Source: Ophelia neglecta
Taxonomy: Eukaryota
Reading direction: 5' to 3'
Length of the DNA: 64,000 bases
Assembly (NCBI GenBank): GCA_965285935.1
Contig: OZ260661.1
Location: 98,022,001-98,086,000 of the forward strand
The translations under genes and the position numbers were made by a program. Under the pieces are notes generated by a model. It was not told where the DNA came from and searched no databases. It was given only the letters and a program-made list of their open reading frames with translations. Shown here in pieces: positions 13,701 to 25,700 of the stretch (position 1 is the stretch's first letter; every line of letters begins with the position of its first letter).

Positions 13701-16700
13701 GAAGCATCAAATCGGGATCTCACATTCCAGACGAGAGCTCTAGCTGGGAAACAAGCTTTATTGAAAAGGAGCTGAGCAGCGATGCAATAAACAGCATTGC
13801 GGCCAGTAGCAGCAGAGACAGTGGATACGAGAACACACCACTGGAAGTACTGAACAACGCTGATCCATCCAATATACTACATCTCCTACAAGACTCTATA
13901 GCCAAACACAAACAGCTAATGGGCGCAAGACATAAGTGTACTCCCAGTGTACGATTACGTAGCTGCTCGTACCATTGTGTACAAATACTCAGTGCCCGGA
14001 TGCTGACAATAATGGCGCATGGGCCTAGTGTACAACACAAAATAGTCAACGACGGTCATATGAAAATTCTCAACGAAGCCTTGGACCCTAATAATGACCC
14101 AGTGAGTTAAAAAATCCATCTGTAAATCGCTTTTTAGCATCATGATTACAAAACATCTGTATATGTTTCTAAGCTTCTGGACATAAACATAATTATACAT
14201 CATACTGTTTGCTTTAATCAGAACGAAAGTCGTTAGAAAGAACAATGTGGTACAATTAAAGATATTATATACTCAACCAATGCTTACTGGCCTAACATTG
14301 CATGTTAATTCATTCATCCATTAATAACTGAACGTACTAAAAAAAACTAAATCACGCATTTTAGATTTGAAAAAAATATCCCAGTTTATCCAATCCGATT
14401 TGTTACAGTTCGTTATGAATGGGTTATCATAATAGTTTTAGCAAAACATGTCATTGCTTCACTTGCAAATGGATGTACTGCAAAGCTTAAGGTTCTTTGT
14501 TAATTACTAACATTGTTAATTAATTCATCTTATAGCACTTGCTGTGTCTTCTCCTGCAAGCTCTTGCCTGTATTGCCATGAACCCTTGCTACCACCAAGC
14601 CTTGACCGAGGCAGACATTCCTGATACACTAATGCAACTTCTACTTCCGTCGGACGAATGGTATTACACCAATCACAGCACGAAATTCGCACGCTATGTC
14701 AAATATCATGCAGCCAGAATACTAGTTTACATGGGACTATTTCATCGGCTCGGCGGGCGGGTGGATCTATTTGACCTCAAAGGTGAGAATTGGTCCTGAT
14801 TGCATGAGACTTGAGGAGTATTGTTTTTCATATTCCATTCTTTTAATCGACATGCATGAGGAGATGCTCAATGATATGTGACTTATTAGTTTTGAACATA
14901 ACTTCCATAAACAGAAGTCTAAATAAAGCATGAGTTATCTTTGCGCAAAGATTGATCGATTTTTTCTTAGTCCTTCTTCTGCTAACAGATCCACGGCGGT
15001 AAATGTCAGCCAAATAAATCGTTTTAACCTTTCTTAGTGGGTTCTCCTTCTGCATTTTCTCTATGACTGGGCTCTTTGTTTTTGTCATGTGATTCTATTT
15101 TCTACCCGCCTCATGTCTTGCCTTTTTTGCAGCGTTCGATCACACCCAATACAAACCAAATCCACTGCTGCAGATGCATCATCCCGAAGATGCCTTTATA
15201 GAACAAATGGCTTTAGGAAAATTACAGGTTCAAGACTCTGATGGCAAGATCCAGGCAGGATCCCTCGAGGGCCTCATAGCTGAAATTATCAAGGTGAGAC
15301 CCGGTCAAGACAATTAAACCAGAAAAGCGTAGGCAACAGGAGCGTCCATCGGTCAACTGGTCAAGGAAAAGACAGATAAACGGCACTGACCTTTGTGTAG
15401 AATCTCAAACATTAAACAGACATGATCAGGTTTTATACTTATTTATAGCTGTTAACCATACACGTTATGATTCCCACTCCTAAAATACCAACATAACACA
15501 ATAACAGCCACAATAATATCCTTTAGTTTAGAACATACTAAAAAATATATTAAAAACGTTGCATCAGTTCAGAATGCCTAAGTTTGTGTTTAGTCCAAAC
15601 CCATTATTTATAATGTATGTACTTTATAAAGCACATAACACCTAAACAGGAAAGATTGCACGGCACTTTGTACGGTCTATTACTCTCATCCAAGGTCTGA
15701 TACACGTGTTAAGTTAAAGTTAAAGTTAAAGCGAGAATGGTTCACTTACATATTGAAAATTGTATTCCACCATCGAGGAGATATAATACCTTTTTCATAT
15801 TTAGAATACGAAGACCATAAAAGTCCATATTTTATTCTTTAATTTTTTTTTTGTATCGGGACACATCCACATCTCATTTATTAAGGAGCAGAGACTAGCC
15901 AGGGAACGGTCCATCTCTCGTCTGCTTAGCATTTTGACCCGTATCATTGACCCGTATCATTGACCCGTATCATTGACCCGTATCATTGGCAACTCCTTAT
16001 TGCATGTGATATAAGGTATAATTGTATTATTATCACTGCACTACACTACCTATGCACTATACAAACACGTGTAAGTGGATACCCTAAAGACAAAGTAAGG
16101 CATTAATCAATCATAGCACATTAAATTTGTCCGGAAGCCACAAGCCCCAATACACCAATCCCCCGCTCCCGAACAGTAAATAAACTTGAGATGCAATGAT
16201 AAAAAGAATTTATAAAACTTGCATTGAAATGTTAATAGATTTTCATGATGTGAGTCTGAGCACAAAAGAAACGAGTCAGTGGTCATCGTAGAATGGAGAT
16301 GACATCTGCCGAGAATAGGTGAGAGACTATGATGGTCTAAACTCTCAAAGTATAATAGAGACTTAAGATAAACTCATCTCAACAAACGCACGACCAAAGA
16401 TGGGTGTAACATAACGTTACTGGTTCATAAAGTGAAAAAAATATACAAGTTACGGAAGACTATAGCGCAATACTTTTCCCAATTTTCCGGAAGAACTTTT
16501 AAAGTTACGTAAGCAGAGCCTTGCAATCTATAATAATGCATGATTAGACCCTGCTATGAAAATTTTAAATGGCCTATTGTGCAACTTTGGTGGCTCGTGT
16601 ATAGTGTATTCTAGGTAGACGCAGATCAGAAGTTATAATTCTATTGGTTGCAAGGACGTATTATAGTTTGTGTGTCGATACTGCTGATTGAAGTTTGCGT

Positions 16701-19700
16701 GCCAGCATAAAAGGATCTTGATAATTTTGGACCGAACAGATGGAATTCTTGATCATTGATTTTTGCTTGTTTGTGGACTATATACTCCGTTGTTCAAATT
16801 CTCTAATCCCTTCTTCTGCTCCCTCAGGAAATATCAGTTCAATGTATATTTCCTCAGGGTTGAACATTTGTTTCATTGACATCAATGACAGGTGTCATGT
16901 GTTTACTGTTTACTGCAGATCATTATTGTTTCTGGGTGCTCAATTGTGAAAATCAGATTTGATGATTTGCTTACTAAAGAGTCCAATGAACATAAAAAGG
17001 AATTTATTTTGTTGAAATGAGGCAACTCGTCATTGACTCATCTACGAAGATTCATGTAACGAGCTTGTTGATTGGTTTTCATCTCTGAACAACAGATATG
17101 CGAAAGGCAGCTATCTAATTCCAAGTCAAACATGCAGATAATGAAAACAAATGTTAACCCGATACTGACAGTGTAGGCATACCTAAGTTTTATATCGTTC
17201 CCGGAAATAAAATGAAAATATAGACGTGCAATGGTCGCTCCCAGGCAACCATAACATCATTACACCAGGCAAGCTGGATTCCTGCAGACAGATTCTAAGG
17301 CCGTAGTTTTTGCCCAATTAATCGTGCAACATGCCGGAACAGATCTTGTTTGAACATTTGAATATTTCCTACGACAGGGACGAGTATATGAAATCCCAGG
17401 TGTAGGATCTGCAGTGATTGGCTTTTATCCGTTCATGTGGGACTATTTGTGTGTTTTTGTTAGTAGAAAAGCGACGAGCATTTATTCCTGGGGGCGAATT
17501 CTGGTTGTGGATTTTTTAACAGCTGCCAACCCTGAAATCGATACTTGGTGAGTGCACGATGCCAGTTGACAGGCTCAGAAATGTTGAACCGTTTAATGCT
17601 TTGACTTATGGTGTACATACCTGTAATAGGTGTGGCCACCGGCTATCGGTTCTCTTTGGTGAACAGACGCGGGGACACCGCACACCAAGAAACGATTGGA
17701 ATCAATGGCTGAGCCGTGGCTAGTTTATCAGGAGACCTAAATATTTATTGTAAACAAATAGCAATGCCGCCAGTTATGAGTACAAGGATGAACACGACTT
17801 GATGTAATCTGGAAGATAAAACACTGTGTAGTTGTAGCGTAAGGTATAGTTTATTAAAGAAGCCAGTCATGGCAAAAAATAGGCCTCGTAACATTTTGCG
17901 ATCAATGTACACGACAAATTACACTCATGAACGACTTCGCAAAACCAGAGATTAAAGTAAAAACATCCATTCGCATTATTAGCTTTCACTTGTCTTTAAC
18001 TTTAAAGGTAATGAAGCAACGAACTAATTGATTTTATGATTAATTAATAGTTAATATATAATAACACAAAATAAATTATTAAATTATTTAAGATATTATA
18101 ACAGAAGAATATAACTGCAGAGTTACGTGCGGTATATAAGTTTTTCGTTAAGCCCATGCTTCTATAGTATATGCTGGTTGATGTGGTTGTAGGCCGACTG
18201 GGATACACCTGTTTTCATCGAGCTCGAGTATAGATAAGGATTTGGATTGCATGAATCTGGAGAACTTGACCAAAATAATATTTCCTTGTTAATTTCAGTT
18301 ATTAATTGCCATCCATTCAGTCTTCTCGTTATGGTCTTTTCTGTTATATCAATATGTAGTTTGAACTTTGGCGCCGATTCGATCAATGACAGCCGCTGCA
18401 GTGTAGGCCAATCAGGGGCTCGTTTTAACAAACTTTGGATTTAAAAAAACAACTCATATATCCTATTAATCGTATACCATTTCCTAGGTAAAAACTTGTC
18501 ACATTCCACATTTAGGATTTTACAATATTAAAACACTATTCAGAATTCCAAATTCGCGGCCCTCCAAGTATAAGAACGACACTCAAAGGACTTTTCCCTC
18601 TTTCAAAACCATATACTGCCTGTTTCTGTGATGAGCAGTCTGCGATGCAGGAAACGGGCGTGGACATCCGGACGAAATAATAATCATGAACATTTTATTA
18701 AATAGATCGGATATCCCCCGGAAGCGTCAGTTGCAGGCCCGCGAACATCAATCAAAGGTTCCCAGACTATTAACAATCTTACTATGAAATCAGTAATCAA
18801 ACATTCAACTGAATATCACGTAAAAATGGGAAGTCAATGATGCTAGTCAGAGAAGTAAACACATGAATAGGACAAAGATGAAATATGAATTAATGGTTTT
18901 CTATGGTTGACCAAAAGTGGATGTATAAGGAGTTTCCATTCTAAAAAGTAGAGGGGTATTCTACCAAAAAGAAAAAAAAATTAAATCTGTCGAGTGATAC
19001 AGTCGCTATTTATTGTTATCGAGCACGTGCAACTGAAACATATCATATTGTATGAAGCAGACGTATGTCACCTCTATAGCTCTAGAATGGGTGGGTTAGG
19101 ACAGACACACCATTATTATAGGTCTATAGTATTCATTTAATAATATAGTGGTTAACACTGGTAACCACAGCCCACACAGGAACAGTTAAAATCCGGTGCC
19201 CGATTATATCTTGCTATCCTTAAGCCTGAAAGAAACATTTATAGGTTTCCATAAAGCCTCTAAACATGTTTAATGCTAGGATAAAATTTAAGTTGTCGGT
19301 TTATTTGGTAAACGTCTGTCTAAATTGTGACAATTCAGGTATCAGTCAGAATTTGATCGGGTATAGCACATCATTTAAAATGCCGTTTGTGGTTTAACAT
19401 GCCAACCTTGAAAGGATTTAAGTCTGGACGTCTTTTAATTAGCAGCGGAGTCTTGGTATATAATATACGTCTCAGAAACGTTGAACGACAAAAGCCATTT
19501 GACTTTTGTTTCATCTTATAATTATAATGTCCGTGAAGGCCTATAATAAAGAAAAAACATATATTGTATGCAAATTAAAAAAAGACCTTGATGTTTATTC
19601 TCATTCTTTTTCTTCTTTAAGGAGTTACTTTAGTGCGTGTAACAAATGAATAGCAACGTTCGCTCTATCAGCATATTATATTATTACAGTATGAGATCAA

Positions 19701-22700
19701 TGTTTCGACAATTTTCCTTTCTTAGGATGCCGAGCTTTCCATTAGTCCTGTGGTGAATGCTGCTCACCAGATGTTAGGACACACCAAGTCTAACAGCAGC
19801 AGTCACCAAGGCCTTCCGAGCAGCAGGCCAGGGGACCACTCGCTCCTCCGGCCGACCACCTCTCTGCCCTACGCTCATTCCCAATCAGCTCACTCCGCCA
19901 ACACCTCAGCCGACCACTACGAGGATTTCTCCACGTGCTCATTCAGGGAATACTTCTTTCATGCTGTGCCTCTAATCATTCATCCCATTATCATACTGCG
20001 AGTACTGTGCCACAAAATGTTCGGACACATGTTGCGGAGAAAGACGGCCACCTCGCCTCACAACCTAAGTCCTCCTGCGGTGGTCGACACCGAGACTTGC
20101 CCTGTTCGGATCCCGGCGTTGTCCGAGGTGGAGAAGCCACCGCCGGGTCACACGGAGACTCCTTCGTCAGCCGGCAGTTTACGGAGGAAGCGTACAAATC
20201 TCCACGTGCAAATTGCCATGCCTGACCGGGACGAGGAGGAGGAGGAGCTGAGAATGAGGCGGAGGCGGACGAGGAGAGCCGGCTCCATGGACAAACACCT
20301 CCTTCGTCTTGGGCAAACAGTCAAAAAGAACACGATGGCCGGCGGAAATATTGCGATGAGTCTGGCCATCAAAGCTATCGGCGACAGCCTCATGCAGCCT
20401 TTGGATTTAAACATATCCCCTCCGGTACAGGACGACCCCGACTCTAATGACCCAAAGAAACGTAACCATTTCAGATTTCCCACCCTGCGAAAACGCTCCA
20501 AGTCGCAAGGATACATCGCAGGTATAGGAACTAACGACTCGCTCGAGAGCGAGTTGAGTTCTAGTCATAAAAGTTCCTCTCACAGCATAGGTAAACCTGA
20601 GGAATCTGAGCTCAAAGACTTCGAAAAGGAATTAATCAATTTACCGGTGTTCGAAGTCGATACACATCGCATGGATCAGTGTACCTCGCCACTGCTGAGT
20701 CGATCAAATTCCGTTCCAGAGCAACTGGAACACATGTTGGTAGGAGTGCTTTCTCAGCATAAAGGATTAGGCGTTACCACGCCGGCTGCAACCAACCACC
20801 ACAACCACAAAAAACACCATGACCATCGCCAGAACGAGGGCAATGCAGACGTTCACATTAGTGTGACGTCAGCATGTGAAATTTCAGTTACTGCCAGCAA
20901 AGAGTGTCCTTTTCCTAGTGGAAATAGTAGTGAAAATCAGCGTACCGACTTCGGATCTCATACAAACCATGGCTTCTCGGACCAGCATGGCTCCAAAGGT
21001 GCTAATCACGACCACACACCCCCCACCCCCTCGGAAGGTCTCCCAGAGAAGGGGGCTGTGGCTAGGACGGCCGCTCACCATCTTATTCCTCCTAGCAGCC
21101 CCCCTTCCTGGCACCGAGAAACTGGAAGTGGTGTCCAACATTCGGATAGCAGTGGTGTTTTTCACAATGAGACCATCGTGTTTCATTTTGCAGCTGCAAC
21201 ACCCTGTGAAAGCCCGTCTTCCTATACCGAACAGATCACCCCACCCCCGTTTAATGACGACAGTGCAGTCAGTATAAAAAGCATGCCCACTTCTGTGTCT
21301 GGTTATTCCCTTAACCGCAATCAGAAGCCCCCTCCGCTTACTCCTATCGCCCTGGAATGCTCCCAAGACGGCGTGGCCCAGCGGCCTGGGAGCCTGCTCA
21401 CCCCTTTAAGCAATACTACCCAAGGCCAGATGTCTGTGGGTTCCAGCCAGAGCAGCTTGATGCTTTCTCCCTACTCAGGCAGTCAGAACATATCTCTTCT
21501 GGTTCCTAGTCCAGGACTCGATCTCCCCATCCACCACATGGGCGTGATGAAAGTGGTCGAAACCTGGGTCAGTATCTGTTGTGTGGACTTAGAGTGCAGT
21601 GCCAACATGAAGAAAGAAATGAAGGATTTCTTATACAAAATGGCATCCCTGGGCTCGGAGTACCGACGCTGGAGCAAAGGAATCAGAGAGAAGCTCAAAC
21701 TAGAGGTTAGTCTTCTTGTTTATAGTCTCTATTTTCATGATTGTTCTTTTTCCATCCACGCTAATTATTTCAATTATCGCTCAGTTTATTTTCATCTTTA
21801 GATATCCGATCTCCTCATTCTTTTTTGCAAATCTTTGCATGACCAATTCTTTCATTGAGTCCGTATTGTTTGCTGAACGTAATCTGCTTCCAGCCAGCGC
21901 CCATGCTAGTTTGAAATTGAGTCATGACCTAGGAGATTTGGCCTGCAGGCTGGTAATTTAGGTTTGAATTAGATATCACAAACCACGTGCAATGAAGTGA
22001 AAGCCATAAAACATCTATCTTTAAGGCATGCCGGCGTGCACACCGACCTTCCTGTACTTTGTATAATAATGGATAGGGAGTCAGCTATTAATTATATTCA
22101 ACAGTTTATGAGCAGCACAGACAAGCTACTCCTGCCCTGGTCGGAAGGCCTACCTGCGAACGCGCTTGTCGGCCTCTTATGACCACCGTTTGCTATTGGT
22201 TCGCACGATGGCGAACCAACTTGCCTACTAAAAGTTTTTTTTTTATCAATTACCATCTAGTAGATCCGTTCCAGAAAGCACGTACGCGTTGTGGGGACTC
22301 ACTGTCGTGCCTTTCATCGCAGGCGTACGAGACTAGGATATTCTAGAAATGAGAATCATCATTCGTAACACCATATACGCAAACACTGTGATATATCTAA
22401 TGGAGGTTCTGTTCTATGTACACTTAACGTGGTGAACGTGCCATCGTAGCCGATTAGTTGTCTCATGAATGCGTGTCCTCTCCATTGTATAAATATATAC
22501 ATATTTATATACCTTCTTGCTTATAGAAAATGTGATAAATCGACCAAATAATAATAATTCCGGTATTTCTAAGTCCTAAAAAAGTCCTAGATTATTTTGA
22601 GCTGATTTTTTCAGTAAAAGGCATACCCTTTTCTACCAATACCAAGCCGTGTGCAGAGTCGTGTATCAATGTGCGCTTCGTGCATGAGGCAGGTGTCTTA

Positions 22701-25700
22701 ATGTCAGACGTAAGATGTCACATAAATGGGTCGATGTGAACTTGTTTGTGTAATGAGCAGCTGGGGCAGGCTCTCTATAGCTCTTTGTATAGCATGAAGT
22801 TTAACAGCAGTTATGAGGAATAAGAAATCTTCAAATCAAAAGAAACAAGTGTCTTTGAAAAGCCATTGTCGAAGGCTTATAGTAATATATTTAACAGAAT
22901 TGGGTAATGTTTCTGCTTAGATATGAAGTGTGTGTGTACTGCCAGTTTCAATAACAGCAGTCAATAACTTTTATTTTATAAATTACTGACAAAATTACTG
23001 GTAAATTGTAGTAGGCATGCTTAAATCAGCTGGACTTTATTACTTTACAATGACACCTGCTCGTCCACTGACTTTTCCATTTTCTAAGCATTATACCACG
23101 CTTATCTATTGGCTCTTAAAGCTTATTTGACAAAATGGCAGAAGATTAAAAATGGTCCGTTGTTGGCAAAGCCACATTTAAAACAATTACTTGGCCGGAT
23201 TACCATAAGCCGACGGAACGTTTCTATATTTAAATTTTTTTAAGGGTAAATTGAGGTAACTTGACTTTAATGCTTTTATCAAATGTATTGACCACTAATA
23301 GGAAGTCAAATGTAAACAATATTGATAATTATGGAGACATTATCTGTAATGGTTTTAGACACCCCAAAAAAATTAATGTTTGGCCGTGGTATCTAAGAAA
23401 TCTGATCGTGACCTTCAACTTGGCCTTACTTTTAGGTCAGCATGTGCAAACAAAAATATATCCAATGTTTTGTCACGTGGCTCAATTAGAAGGAGGAAAA
23501 AAACACGAAATGAAATGAGGAACCAAAGAAAGAAGCACAAGATGATACGAAACTTTGACGTGTGGATATATATGAAAAATGTCGGCCTAAAAAAACCAAC
23601 GTTTAATTGATAATTTGTCTATATTTACTATACATAGCATCTAACGGGCAATAGATTGATCGATCATGTCCTTGGTCATCTGGTTCCTATTCATTTAGCT
23701 AGTAAATGGGCAGGCTGTCACAAGAATTTTTAAGAGAGTGAAACTGTATTCCGGGATATGAAAACACACGGGTGTTTGCGGTGTATTGACTAGCCTGTGA
23801 CTAACCTGCTTGTGACAAGCCTGTGACTATCCGGTGCTCGTTAATCCGAGCACTCCCTCCCCAGCCCTATTATGTCGGCGAGGAGCTTAACCATTTAGTA
23901 TTAAATTACCTAGATTGGTCAGGAGGGTGGCTTAACGAAAGCTAATGAAATTCTGACAGATCGCCTTGATCACTTTTATGTAAGCTGTGTTGGAAACAAG
24001 CAGAGTTAAGGAGATGATTCCATATTGGATAGTTTGAGCCACTTGATCTACATTCAGCCGTGTTAATTGGCCACACTGTTTCCCCTTCGTGTTGTGTCCA
24101 GTACTATAGCTGGGTAGTGGGGGGTGGGGTACGAGGGGGGGGGGGCAATGTCATCTGGAACCAGTACATATACCCTCCGCCCGAAAGGGTATCTTTTTCA
24201 GATCTTACAGTCTATAAGGTAGACCCTCCCCCCCCCCCCCTTTTTGATGGGTTGCTACAAGCTGTTCCATAATTTGTAGGCTTGCTATATAAAAACAAAT
24301 AATGAAAGAAAAATCTGCACATGTAATTTCTCTCATTAAAACCTACGCCAGCGGAGCTAAGGGGGTAACAATTCAGCTAAAAATGTATCAATTTTCGGCC
24401 ACACTAGTAAACATAGGTTGTTTCCCTTTTAAGTGATGGGCAACTTCGAGTGGAATTGCTATAGGAATGCCCCCCCCCCCATTTGAGTTTCCGGATGCAG
24501 ATTTCTGTCCTTAAACCTGGTCAGTGCCCCCCCCCCCTCCCCCCCCCGTTCCCTGGGAGGGGGGCAAGAGTGGGTCTCGGGTGTTTTCCATACGCACATC
24601 GCGTTTTGTTCACTAGTTGTCCAACCTCCGATCGAAGAAGATAACGACCCACTCCCTTATGTATTCATAAAGGTAGACCCACACTGACCAGGTTCTTGGC
24701 TAAACAAAGTTCAAGGGTCAGCGTACTCACATTGTTGGCCTCCATGTTGACTCACTCTATGCATATTCATTAAGAGACCATGAAGTATGTTGTTTTAATG
24801 CAGATATTTCAACCTTTCAGTAGTTTTTAGTATAGCTCCATGTCACTGGATCTTTTAGATCATATCAAATAACAGTTCATTGGTCAACTATGTACTTCGT
24901 ATTCCAGACATGTGTATGAAGTTGGAACTTTTTTTTGTCTTCGGTGTGAATGCTGTTTGTTTTACGTATATTATTAATTAGTAGAATTATTTATGTAATT
25001 TTTTACTTTTTCCCTTCTAGGAATCCAACGTGTGCAGAACCAACTCCGAGGTGGCTAGTGACTTAGAGAACATTCACGTGCAATATCGACTGGTAAGAAA
25101 TTTTACCTCGTATATCACTAAAATAAATGATTACTCATAAGAGGCCTGCTTATGTAATTAAAACTGGCATAAAACGTATGTGACGAGTCCTACTAGGCGC
25201 GTTAACTGAATATTAAAGAACTACCAGGTTATTAGTAATAATAACTCTTATTTATCATCTCCATCACACTCACGACAGAACGCACGGCCTATAGCCGAAC
25301 ATAGAGGCAGCGTGCCAGTGGTACACGTTTATAATATATCATCTGTCTCCTGATCTCTGTAAGCCCTACGACTATAATACTTTAATGGAATGGTAAATGG
25401 GTTTTTATTTTGTTCAGTATCAGAGATATGCTGACATCGTTTGAGGTTAGACTGAGAGTGTCGTCCTGAATAAGGCATATTCTGTTTGAACTTCTAATGT
25501 CTTTTTGTACTCCTAAAGCTGTTTATGGCGTTGAAAGTATTTATTGATTTTTCACATAAACACATATAGTATATATAAACAGATATTCTTTGTAAGCCTA
25601 TGTATGTTTATATATAGAGAGAATATTGTATAAGTTCATGTTGTGCATATTTAAATTGCGCCCACACAGTAGCGTAATGTTCTGCACAGAAAGTAGACCT

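Noticed and set aside
17435-17553. ATG-initiated segment ending at a strong TG|GTGAGT donor in intron 5 (similar case at 12638-12745)
   Set aside because: The donor phase does not match the next coding exon. These could be non-coding first exons but cannot be supported from sequence alone.
19935-21698. Overlapping and antisense ORFs within exon 6 (also 13487-14049, 47015-47559, 51702-51959)
   Set aside because: Shadow frames of GC-richer coding exons, with no independent motifs or splice structure.
24110-24570. Clusters of G and C homopolymer runs (G-quadruplex-like)
   Set aside because: Typical of non-autonomous DNA transposon remnants; I could not define termini or a function.
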